A stretch of DNA of 64,000 nt from Candidatus Liptonbacteria bacterium. GTDB taxonomy: Bacteria > Patescibacteriota > Minisyncoccia > UBA6257 > JACOXY01. The translations under genes were made by a program, and so were the position numbers. Location of the stretch: NCBI GenBank assembly GCA_016182095.1, contig JACOXY010000011.1:67794-131793 (forward strand), given 5' to 3'. Shown here in pieces: positions 56,622 through 64,000 of this stretch; position 1 is the first letter of the stretch; every line of letters starts with the position of its first letter. The notes under the pieces were generated by a model. It searched no databases. It was not told where the DNA came from and worked only from the letters and a program-made list of their open reading frames with translations.

Positions 56622-57221
56622 CTACTTGGCACCGTTCAAGCTGTGCCGGAGTTCACGCACCCACTCGCTTCTCTCGCGAGCACGCCGCACTTCGGCGTTG
56701 TGCTCCTTGGTGTGGTATGCAATGTCTCGCCGTGCGTTCTTGACGAGCTGGGTACGGTACTGCTTGCCCGAGAGCCGCTGTGGCATCGTAGGTGTGTGCA
56801 GGCAGTCGAACTCGACGCTTTCCGCGAGCTGATCGATCATGAAGCTCTTGAGGCCTTCGTGATCTTTGGTGGGCGGAACCCACTTTCCCGCTTGCTTGAG
56901 CATGGCGATGTAAGCTCGCCCGGTCTTCTCGTTCTTCTCGCCATACTTCTTGCTCGAGCGAACTTCGTCATCGAAGGCCTTCTTGGCCTCTCTCTCCGCC
57001 CGTGCGTTACTCCACTTTTCGACTTCGGCGAGACGCTTCTTGGCCGTCTCGATTGCGTCGAGGTGGTAGTTGCTGGGTCGGAATTCATCGGGGATTGGCG
57101 CATCGAGCGAATCGTCGCGCATCTCGATGAGAGCGCCGAAGGCGCGAGCGCACTTCATGGCGAACTCCGAGAACGTTACCTGCTTCCCGTCGTTCAGGTC
57201 TGCTGTGTATCCTGTCGGCAT
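56622..57221 (-). CDS. GC-rich phage-like hypothetical protein (MPTGYT N-terminus)
   Basis: AAAGGAG RBS; visibly higher GC than the host; F...CARAFGA and H..LK.FMI.QL motifs. Confidence 0.75.
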   Translation of the reverse strand: MPTGYTADLNDGKQVTFSEFAMKCARAFGALIEMRDDSLDAPIPDEFRPSNYHLDAIETAKKRLAEVEKWSNARAEREAKKAFDDEVRSSKKYGEKNEKTGRAYIAMLKQAGKWVPPTKDHEGLKSFMIDQLAESVEFDCLHTPTMPQRLSGKQYRTQLVKNARRDIAYHTKEHNAEVRRARERSEWVRELRHSLNGAK

Positions 57222-57711
57222 CGGTTTCTCCTTTCCTTTCGGATGTTTGGGTTTTCAATGGGAAAACGGCCTTTTGCCGCTATCCCGAACCATTATTCCT
57301 GCTACAAGTATAGCAATATTTATATGGAATGTCAAGAGCAAACAAAAAATCAGCATTTCTGCTGTTTTTCTGGTTTAAATCTTATGTATTTTACGATTAA
57401 AAATTTTTCCGTTCCCCAAATTCAAAATATGGTTCGCGCCGATATTTTTCTTCGGGTTCTTCTGCGGTTTTTATCGGTGTGGCTCCACCGCCTTTCGGAT
57501 TTTTCGCGGGGGGCTTTCCTCGCCGCCGCAGGCGGCGAAAACGGTTCGCACTATTTCAAGAATACTGGACACCTTAGGAAAAGGCAAGCTAGAGGAAGCC
57601 GCCTCGCTTCGCTCGGCGGCCATTTCGTATTGAATTTTGGGGGCAAAAACGAATTGGCGGTTTCGTTTGGGGGACGGAAAAATTTTTAATCAATTTTAGT
57701 TCAACAAAACT

Positions 57712-57867
57712 ATGCGTTATGTAATCTATGCTCGCAAATCAACGGAAGATGACGACAGGCAAGTGCTTTCGATTGAAGCTCAACTCGTTGAGCTTTCTGA
57801 ATTTGCCGCCAAAGAAAAACTTGAAATTGTCGCCTCTTTTCAAGAGGCAAAAACTGCAAAAGAACCC
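57712..57867 (+). pseudogene. Serine recombinase, truncated after about 52 codons
   Basis: YARKSTE...RQ..SIEAQ catalytic motif; homology ends at TAKEP, where repeat DNA begins. Confidence 0.88.
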
Positions 57868-57937
57868 GAAGAAAAACATCGGCGCGAACCATATTTTGCG
57901 AAACCGCCAATTCGTTTTTGCCCCCAAAATTCAATAC

Positions 57938-58001
57938 GAAATGGCCGCCGAGCGAAGCGAGGCGGCTTCGAAATGGCCGCCGAGCGAAGCGAGGCGGCTT
58001 C
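57938..58001. repeat. 32-bp tandem duplication gaaatggccgccgagcgaagcgaggcggcttc
   Basis: Two perfect units; the inverted copy near 57600 has only one. Confidence 0.9.
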
Positions 58002-58026
58002 CTCTAGCTTGCGTTTTTCTAAAGTG

Positions 58027-58098
58027 TCCCCTCGGAGGGAATCGAACCCCCATTAAAAGGTTAGAAACCTTCCGTTCTATCCGTTGAACTACGAGGGG
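58027..58098 (-). tRNA. tRNA-Arg(UCU), second isodecoder
   Basis: CCCCTCG/CGAGGGG-A; anticodon arm gaagg-TTTCTAA-ccttt. Confidence 0.88.
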
Positions 58099-58172
58099 TG
58101 GTCGGAGCGCCGAGAATCGAACTCGGACCTTATGCTCCCAAAGCATATATACTACCACTATACTACGCTCCG
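58099..58172 (-). tRNA. tRNA-Pro(UGG) with encoded CCA
   Basis: CGGAGCG/CGCTCCG-ACCA; anticodon arm tatgc-TTTGGGA-gcata. Confidence 0.92.
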
Positions 58173-58192
58173 ATAATTACTAATGGGGCAGG

Positions 58193-58255
58193 GCATATAT
58201 ATTTCCCCGTAGCAAGCTTCGCTTTGCTTAGGGGCTACCACTATACTACAGCCAG
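58193..58255 (-). pseudogene. Relic 5' half of a Pro-like tRNA interrupted by a 33-bp palindrome
   Basis: gcatatata[insert 58202-58234]ctaccactatactac matches 58143-58166. Confidence 0.7.
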
Positions 58256-58328
58256 AAACACACTTAAATTACCATAAAAACAGGCACTAAACAATCATCA
58301 TCATTAAAATACTGCCGGTAAGGCAGTA

Positions 58329-59183
58329 TTACAAAATGCTTTTCAGAAAAAGCGGGTGGTCCACTTGGATAAAGTCAATTCCGGCGGTAAGTAAAAACTT
58401 AAGAGGGATATACTGCCAGGGCGGCGGGATCACCAGAGAATCCACAAAAAATTTAACTCCGCGCTCATGCAAAAACGCAACATCGCGGTGAAGCGCGAGC
58501 GGGAAGCGAATGCTTATAATTTCCGGGTATCGCTGAAACATAGATTTAACAAGCCGAACATCGCTCCACTTCTTGATGCCCACCATCACAATCAGATCGG
58601 GATATTCTGTTTTCATGCGCGCCACTGATTTTAATTCTGCTCTGTTGTTGACATAAAAAATTACATCATTAAACGAACCAAAAATACTTATCCAGTGCGC
58701 CAAATATTCTACGGCATCACTCTTAAAATCAACCACCAGTACGGCCCTACCTTGTGTTTCGCGATATATATCAAAAAATGAAGGCAAAAGCTCCCGACTA
58801 TTTTTTAGGCGCACTCGCATAGTTTCTCCTGGGGCGAGGTCCTTTAAATTGCCGCTGTGATCGGTTGTGCGATCTAAGGAGTGATCATGGAGGCAGTAGA
58901 GAATATAGTCGCTACCATACCGAACATCAACTTCTATCACCGGAATACCGGCCCGTATCGCTTGACGCGCCGCTTCGGCTGAATTTTCCGGAACACCAAA
59001 CCCGTTGCCGCGATGCGCAACCACAAACGTTTGCCGGCATTCAGCATCACGGATACACCCGGCTATTTCTTTCGCAGTCGCCATGTTTTTTTGGTTAGAG
59101 CGAGGAAAGTAAAAAGAGCAGGCGGGGAAAAAGCATAGCAAAAAAAGCATGGCGGCGGCGCGGGGCATTATCACGCAGACCAT
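58329..59183 (-). CDS. Glycerophosphodiester phosphodiesterase family protein
   Basis: VAHRG, PENS, IEVDVR, HD..LDRTT; possible lipoprotein signal. Confidence 0.88.
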   Translation of the reverse strand: MVCVIMPRAAAMLFLLCFFPACSFYFPRSNQKNMATAKEIAGCIRDAECRQTFVVAHRGNGFGVPENSAEAARQAIRAGIPVIEVDVRYGSDYILYCLHDHSLDRTTDHSGNLKDLAPGETMRVRLKNSRELLPSFFDIYRETQGRAVLVVDFKSDAVEYLAHWISIFGSFNDVIFYVNNRAELKSVARMKTEYPDLIVMVGIKKWSDVRLVKSMFQRYPEIISIRFPLALHRDVAFLHERGVKFFVDSLVIPPPWQYIPLKFLLTAGIDFIQVDHPLFLKSIL

Positions 59184-59400
59184 CCTTCATTTCAATGAAA
59201 GGCTAATATTAGTATATCGTGACGCCAAAACAGCCGCAATCTTAACCCAAAGCCAAGATTTGCCGGGTAGCAGAAGTTCGATTGGCTTTGTTTTGGGCCA
59301 TTAGCGCTGCTTATCGAACTTTCATTGCCCGGTTTGCTTTTGCATTTTAATCAAGATAGAGTGAAAGCAGTATAGTTCACATAAAGCAAGAGGGAGTCAC

Positions 59401-60825
59401 GTGAGACAAGAGTATAACTTGAAAACAAGCGGGATTTGGCTTGCAACGACGGTTCTTGTTATGCTGTTTTGCAATGTGGCGGAATCGGCTCCTACTATAT
59501 CAGAATACTTTTTACAAACGGGAAAAGTTGAGAATTTTGATTCAAAGACTATAGAGCCAGTTATTACAATTCACGGCAGCCGAATCATTGGATCGTATGT
59601 TTGGGGAATACGTGGCAAGACAATTCAAAATAAGAACGGGGTGGATAACGAGAAATCCCTGCCCAGCGTGAAGCCACAGAGCCCCAATACAAGAAAAGCT
59701 ACTCCAACAAGCATCTATGAAGATGCTGTGGAAAAACTATGGCCAACAACCATCTTGGGGGTCGCGAACGAGAAAAAGAATGAGTGGATCTTATATGATC
59801 CCAATTTCCGTTATTTTGAGCAGACCGCAATAATCAACAACTTCTGGCTTGAATTCGAGCCGCTCCCCTATTCAAGATATAGCCCGCGCACCGAAGAGGT
59901 GATGTCAGAATTAGTAAAGGATGCCTTCACCGAACCCCTTAAGTTCGCGCTCCAGAACCAATCGCGCCAATTGGAAGCGCGAAATCTCTTCAGAAAATGG
60001 GGAAAGGGAATGTCGTCATTCCGGCTCGATATGCCATCGTCCACCAATGAGTTCACCTTTGAAACGCCCTCGTACCAGCGCAACCTTGACCCATTTGAAG
60101 AAGCAAAGAGCGAGGCAAGATTTGAATGTAGCAACTTGAAGGGAGACGCGGCGGTTATTTTCGACAGAAAATTGCGGTGCTCGGAGCGGCAAAATGAGAT
60201 TGCTATTTTGGAGTCCCAAATTTACACGTTGCGCGCAAGACCTGAATTGGACGGCAATATCTACACCGCAAGCAGCGGACTCACTCTTGTCATGTGGCCC
60301 AATGTCAATTTCAAATATCGCGCGTATGAGATAGAGCTTTCGTATTTCTACCCTTATACGCTCACTGGCGGCGGATCACAGCCGGCAAAGTTTTTGCCTG
60401 ATATCAGAGATAAAATTTTTAACGAAAGGGACGTAGCGGAGAGAATTCAGCTTGATATACAGAAAACTTTTACGGAACATTTTGTATTGGCTGGAAATTA
60501 CAGGTACGAGAGCATTGCGGGGCAAAGTACCGTTGGTATCGGACCAAAATTATTTCTCTTCCCATATCTTGCCGCTGTAAGCGGCGATCTGAACGTCAAT
60601 ACAATGAAGCCATTTGTCACGGCCGACATGGGGCGCGTTGTGGGAGCGTCATATATTTTGGGGGTACGGGGAACTGCATTGGAAAATAATAAAAAAGATA
60701 AATGGGAAGGGCAGGCATTCTTCACCATAAGTAAGGTGTGGGGGGCCTATCCGCCAGAAACAAGTTTCTTTAAAGATATAGGATTAGAAAATATAAAAAG
60801 AAAATTATCACATTTCTTGTGGTAA
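59401..60825 (+). CDS. Secreted hypothetical protein with beta-rich C-terminus
   Basis: GGGAG RBS, GTG start, signal peptide, downstream terminator. Confidence 0.7.
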   Translation: MRQEYNLKTSGIWLATTVLVMLFCNVAESAPTISEYFLQTGKVENFDSKTIEPVITIHGSRIIGSYVWGIRGKTIQNKNGVDNEKSLPSVKPQSPNTRKATPTSIYEDAVEKLWPTTILGVANEKKNEWILYDPNFRYFEQTAIINNFWLEFEPLPYSRYSPRTEEVMSELVKDAFTEPLKFALQNQSRQLEARNLFRKWGKGMSSFRLDMPSSTNEFTFETPSYQRNLDPFEEAKSEARFECSNLKGDAAVIFDRKLRCSERQNEIAILESQIYTLRARPELDGNIYTASSGLTLVMWPNVNFKYRAYEIELSYFYPYTLTGGGSQPAKFLPDIRDKIFNERDVAERIQLDIQKTFTEHFVLAGNYRYESIAGQSTVGIGPKLFLFPYLAAVSGDLNVNTMKPFVTADMGRVVGASYILGVRGTALENNKKDKWEGQAFFTISKVWGAYPPETSFFKDIGLENIKRKLSHFLW

Positions 60826-60830
60826 AAAAT

Positions 60831-60865
60831 ATCCCCGCCGCATCTTCATGGATGTTCGCGGGGAT
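60831..60865. terminator. Terminator between convergent genes
   Basis: atccccgc...gcggggat hairpin followed by T-rich sequence. Confidence 0.65.
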
Positions 60866-60899
60866 TTTGTTTGTTTAAAATCTCTTGGAGATGGCTCCT

Positions 60900-62006
60900 T
60901 TATTTTAGGGTTCTTTCAAAATGCCGAACAATCAAAAAATCAAGAGTGGATGGCATTCCCGGCAAAAGAAAGGGTCCCCAGAACTCAAATAACGGAATAG
61001 GAACAAAAAGGGCGAGGCCCGCGCTATAATGGCCATCAAGCCAAAACGAGTAATCGCGGAGCCAAAAAATCGGAATTTTAATAACAGCGAGTTTCCATGT
61101 GGGCCGATTGGCAGCTTCCCAAAGCTTCTTTGTGAATCTATGAGGAATAACACTATCAAGAATATTGCTCACCAAAAGCGCCGATTCGGGATTGATGTTT
61201 TTCGCTACGCTAAGCGGATCAATATGCTTTAGCTCGGCTCTTAGAATTTTAAGGGCCTCGTCTTCGGCAATGCCAAACTTTTTAAAAATTTCCTCACGAA
61301 TTCTTTCAATCCCCGACTCCGCGGAGCTCATTAAAATGCCCGCTAAATCGCCGCCAGTCGTAATGCCCACGGTGCTCTGAAAAATTTCCGGATGCGCGCC
61401 GCTTAAATAATAAGCCGATATTCCGCCCAGACTAACTCCCGAAATTCCTATTCTAGAGTAAGAGTTTGCTTCTTTTAATTTCGTGATTATGTTCAAATAA
61501 TCATTGTAGCGAGTTTCAAAGGTATCAGCGACAACTTTCGCGAACCCCTCAAATTCCGTTTTTGTAAAGCGCTCTTTCCGATCAAGCAGCGTTAAATCAA
61601 AAATTGTAAATTTCGCCAGAAATCTAACAACGTCAAACCCCCTTTCCGCCAAAGTTCTAGCAGGCCAATCCGTAGAAATACTCTCTCCCTTGCCGGGAAG
61701 AAGTACGGCTAATTTGGCGTTATTCTTCTTTGATTTAAAAAATTCTCCAAAAATAATGTCGTTCCTGTTTATGCCGGTTATCTTTTCTGACTTATAAACA
61801 AAAAGGAGGTCTTCTCGCTCTGTGCTCTCTCCCATAACGGCTAATGCGATTTCTCCCGGTAAAAGTTCCGGAATTTTTGCCATTAAATATCTTTTGGCGA
61901 CTTCGGATCCTTGGCCGGGCAAGCTTTTGCCGGAAATCAACCCCGAACATCCAGCCGAAAAAACACAGGCAATAATAAAAGCAGATTTTCTCACATTGCC
62001 CACCAC
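60900..62006 (-). CDS. Alpha/beta hydrolase, putative lipoprotein
   Basis: GVSLGG nucleophile elbow; D.VIP and GHY; lipobox-like FSAGC. Confidence 0.8.
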   Translation of the reverse strand: MVGNVRKSAFIIACVFSAGCSGLISGKSLPGQGSEVAKRYLMAKIPELLPGEIALAVMGESTEREDLLFVYKSEKITGINRNDIIFGEFFKSKKNNAKLAVLLPGKGESISTDWPARTLAERGFDVVRFLAKFTIFDLTLLDRKERFTKTEFEGFAKVVADTFETRYNDYLNIITKLKEANSYSRIGISGVSLGGISAYYLSGAHPEIFQSTVGITTGGDLAGILMSSAESGIERIREEIFKKFGIAEDEALKILRAELKHIDPLSVAKNINPESALLVSNILDSVIPHRFTKKLWEAANRPTWKLAVIKIPIFWLRDYSFWLDGHYSAGLALFVPIPLFEFWGPFLLPGMPSTLDFLIVRHFERTLK

Positions 62007-62167
62007 TTTAATTATGACAAGTATCCATTATCAGTATATCAGGTAATGGCGGCACGACTAGCCATTTTTCTTTTTGATTAAAATTTTTTAAACATCATTT
62101 AAATTCATTTGGCAATTAGCATTTCCCGTGATAGTCTGAGAAAAGCAATAACAAAAGAGGCAAAAAG

Positions 62168-63979
62168 GTGAAAAAGAAAAATCTGCTATGGAGTATTTTT
62201 GTTTGGATTTTGGTAGCACTCGGCATACTCGTGATTTTCAGAGGCATGGATCATAAAGCTAGGTCAACGGAAGTCAGCCAAAACGTACTTTTCAAACAAG
62301 CTGAAGCCAAAAAAATAGAAAGGCTGGCTTTAATTGAACCGAATATTGTTGAATTTTCAGATGGATTCTATACATATCGCACTAGAGTTATAGTCCAAGA
62401 TCCTCGTTTTTTAGAATTGATTGATGAATTAAGAAAGAGCGGAAGCGCTGTGAATATTATCCCGGAACCGGTAAGTTGGCTTTTGGTAATATTTAGCTGG
62501 GGACCCACGCTTTTATTTCTCGGGGTGTTGATTTATTTCATGCGACGCTCATCGTCCCTTGGTAGAGGTGCTGGAGGATATATCGGATTCGGAAAATCAA
62601 AAGCCAAGCTTTTTTCTCCCAACGACCAAAAAATAACATTTGCCGATGTGGCGGGGGTAGATGAAGCCAAAGAAGAGCTTCAGGAAATCATTGACTTTTT
62701 AAAGGATCCACAAAAGTTCACGCGGCTTGGCGGGAAAATGCCCAAAGGCGTGCTTCTCATTGGCCCTCCAGGAACAGGGAAAACCCTTCTTGCCCGCGCG
62801 GTTGCCGGAGAAGCAGGCGTTCCATTTTCCTCAATCTCTGGATCGGACTTTGTAGAGATGTTTGTGGGCGTTGGAGCGTCAAGAGTGCGAGATCTATTTA
62901 TTGAGAGCAAAAAAAATCCTCCTTGTATTATATTTATTGACGAACTTGATGCTGTTGGAGGTCACAGGGGAGTTAATACACATGATGAAAAGGAACAAAC
63001 ATTAAATCAGCTGCTTGTTGAAATGGACGGTTTTGATGGGACCCAGGGCGTTATCGTGATAGCCGCGACTAACAGGCCCGACACCCTTGATCCAGCCATT
63101 CTTAGGCCGGGAAGATTTGATAGGCAGGTGATCGTTCCCAAACCGGACATAAAAGGACGAGAGGCGATAATTAGGGTTCATACCAAAAAAGTGCCTCTCA
63201 CACCCGACATTGACTTTCATGTATTGGCTCAAAAAACTCCGGGTTTCGCCGGCGCTGATTTGGGAAATATGGTAAATGAAGCCACTATTTTGGCGGCAAA
63301 AAATGGTAAACACGCAGTAGATGAATCTGATTTTGATCGCGCCATTGACAAAGTAACAATGGGGAAGGAAAGAAAGAATAAAGATTTCATGTCTCCGGAA
63401 GAGAAAAAAAATACCGCCTACCATGAAGCGGGGCATGCGCTGGTGGCAATTTTAACAGAAGGAGCTGAAATAGTTGATAAGGTAACAATTATCCCGCGCG
63501 GCATGGCGCTCGGCTTAACCCACCAAATCGGTGAAGACAAATTAAGCTATAGCGAATCATACGCCAAGGGGAAATTGAGAATTATAATGGGCGGACAAGC
63601 TGCGGAGATCGTAAAATTTGGAGAGAGGACAAGTGGGGCCGGAAACGATATAAGCATCGCAACCGACCTGGCGCAAAAAATGATTCGCGAATGGGGCATG
63701 TCGGAAGTTCTTGGCCCTCAAAACATTGCCTCTTCAGGAAAGCTTTCCATGAAAGAGAGATTTTTATCAGGCGGCGAAAATAAAAGCGCCGGGACTAACC
63801 TTGAAAACTTGGCTGATTCCGAAGTAAATCAACTCCTAAGACAGAGTTTGGAAGATGCCAAGGAGCTCATCCAAACTAACTTTGCTATTCTCACAGAAAT
63901 GGCCCAAGAACTCCTAGTAAAAGAAACGCTCGTTAGAAAAGAACTTGAGAGATATTATGAATTGGTAAAATCCAAGTAA
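62168..63979 (+). CDS. ftsH: ATP-dependent zinc metalloprotease FtsH
   Basis: 2 TMs; GPPGTGKT; IFIDELD; SRH; HEAGH. Confidence 0.97.
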   Translation: MKKKNLLWSIFVWILVALGILVIFRGMDHKARSTEVSQNVLFKQAEAKKIERLALIEPNIVEFSDGFYTYRTRVIVQDPRFLELIDELRKSGSAVNIIPEPVSWLLVIFSWGPTLLFLGVLIYFMRRSSSLGRGAGGYIGFGKSKAKLFSPNDQKITFADVAGVDEAKEELQEIIDFLKDPQKFTRLGGKMPKGVLLIGPPGTGKTLLARAVAGEAGVPFSSISGSDFVEMFVGVGASRVRDLFIESKKNPPCIIFIDELDAVGGHRGVNTHDEKEQTLNQLLVEMDGFDGTQGVIVIAATNRPDTLDPAILRPGRFDRQVIVPKPDIKGREAIIRVHTKKVPLTPDIDFHVLAQKTPGFAGADLGNMVNEATILAAKNGKHAVDESDFDRAIDKVTMGKERKNKDFMSPEEKKNTAYHEAGHALVAILTEGAEIVDKVTIIPRGMALGLTHQIGEDKLSYSESYAKGKLRIIMGGQAAEIVKFGERTSGAGNDISIATDLAQKMIREWGMSEVLGPQNIASSGKLSMKERFLSGGENKSAGTNLENLADSEVNQLLRQSLEDAKELIQTNFAILTEMAQELLVKETLVRKELERYYELVKSK

Positions 63980-64000
63980 ATAAATGGCTCCGAATATCGG

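Larger units (their letters stand above)
56390..58029. mobile_element. Decayed serine-recombinase element at the tRNA-Arg 3' end, with interlocking inverted repeats
   Basis: IR pairs 56390-56489/57473-57572, 57567-57665/57899-58029, 57423-57461/57860-57898, 56490-56518/57803-57831. Confidence 0.75.

Noticed and set aside
56526-57689. 387-aa plus-strand ORF
   Set aside because: Antisense shadow of the GC-rich gene 56622-57221 (which has a clear RBS), running on into repeat DNA.
57728-58158. Overlapping ORFs 57728-58087, 57739-57927 and 57931-58158, and the tail of 57712-58056
   Set aside because: They translate inverted-repeat DNA and tRNA genes; only the first ~52 codons from 57712 are recombinase-like.
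1-64000. CRISPR array
   Set aside because: No run of 25-45-bp repeats with unique spacers, and no cas genes. The repeats present are tandem 7-9-mers, palindromes or two-copy duplications.

Overview
Bacterial chromosomal window, most likely Patescibacteria/Parcubacteria (CPR), inferred from the type of giant surface protein and the gene content. 1-24.5 kb is a surface-glycan island: carbamoyltransferase module, CotH-VTC-DUF4956 operon, GT4s, methyltransferases, Wzy/Wzz, GT-C, GtrA, AsnB and two O-antigen-ligase-like genes, ending at a 1139-aa surface protein. The rest holds housekeeping genes (clpB, iscS, ftsK, recA, folD, glyA, yvcK, iscA, ftsH), nine tRNA genes plus two tRNA relics, and two clusters of nucleotide-acting genes. 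The most striking signal is a dense population of tiny palindromic or 7/8/9-mer-repeat elements. Many are inserted in frame in housekeeping genes (four in iscS, five in asnB, two in glyA) or begin at stop codons. One family has a candidate autonomous member, a GxxExxY nuclease gene between ~39-bp inverted ends, with a gene-less copy of the same ends after ftsK. Other oddities: an intact tRNA-Thr nested inside another tRNA between TCCCTCACT inverted ends, tRNA-Ile(UAU), a tRNA-Leu without a long variable arm, a RelE toxin-antitoxin cassette flanked by a duplicated folD 3' end, a NUDIX gene broken by a 13-bp duplication, and interlocking inverted repeats around a decayed serine-recombinase element at tRNA-Arg. 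All family assignments are from motif recognition by eye, not database searches.
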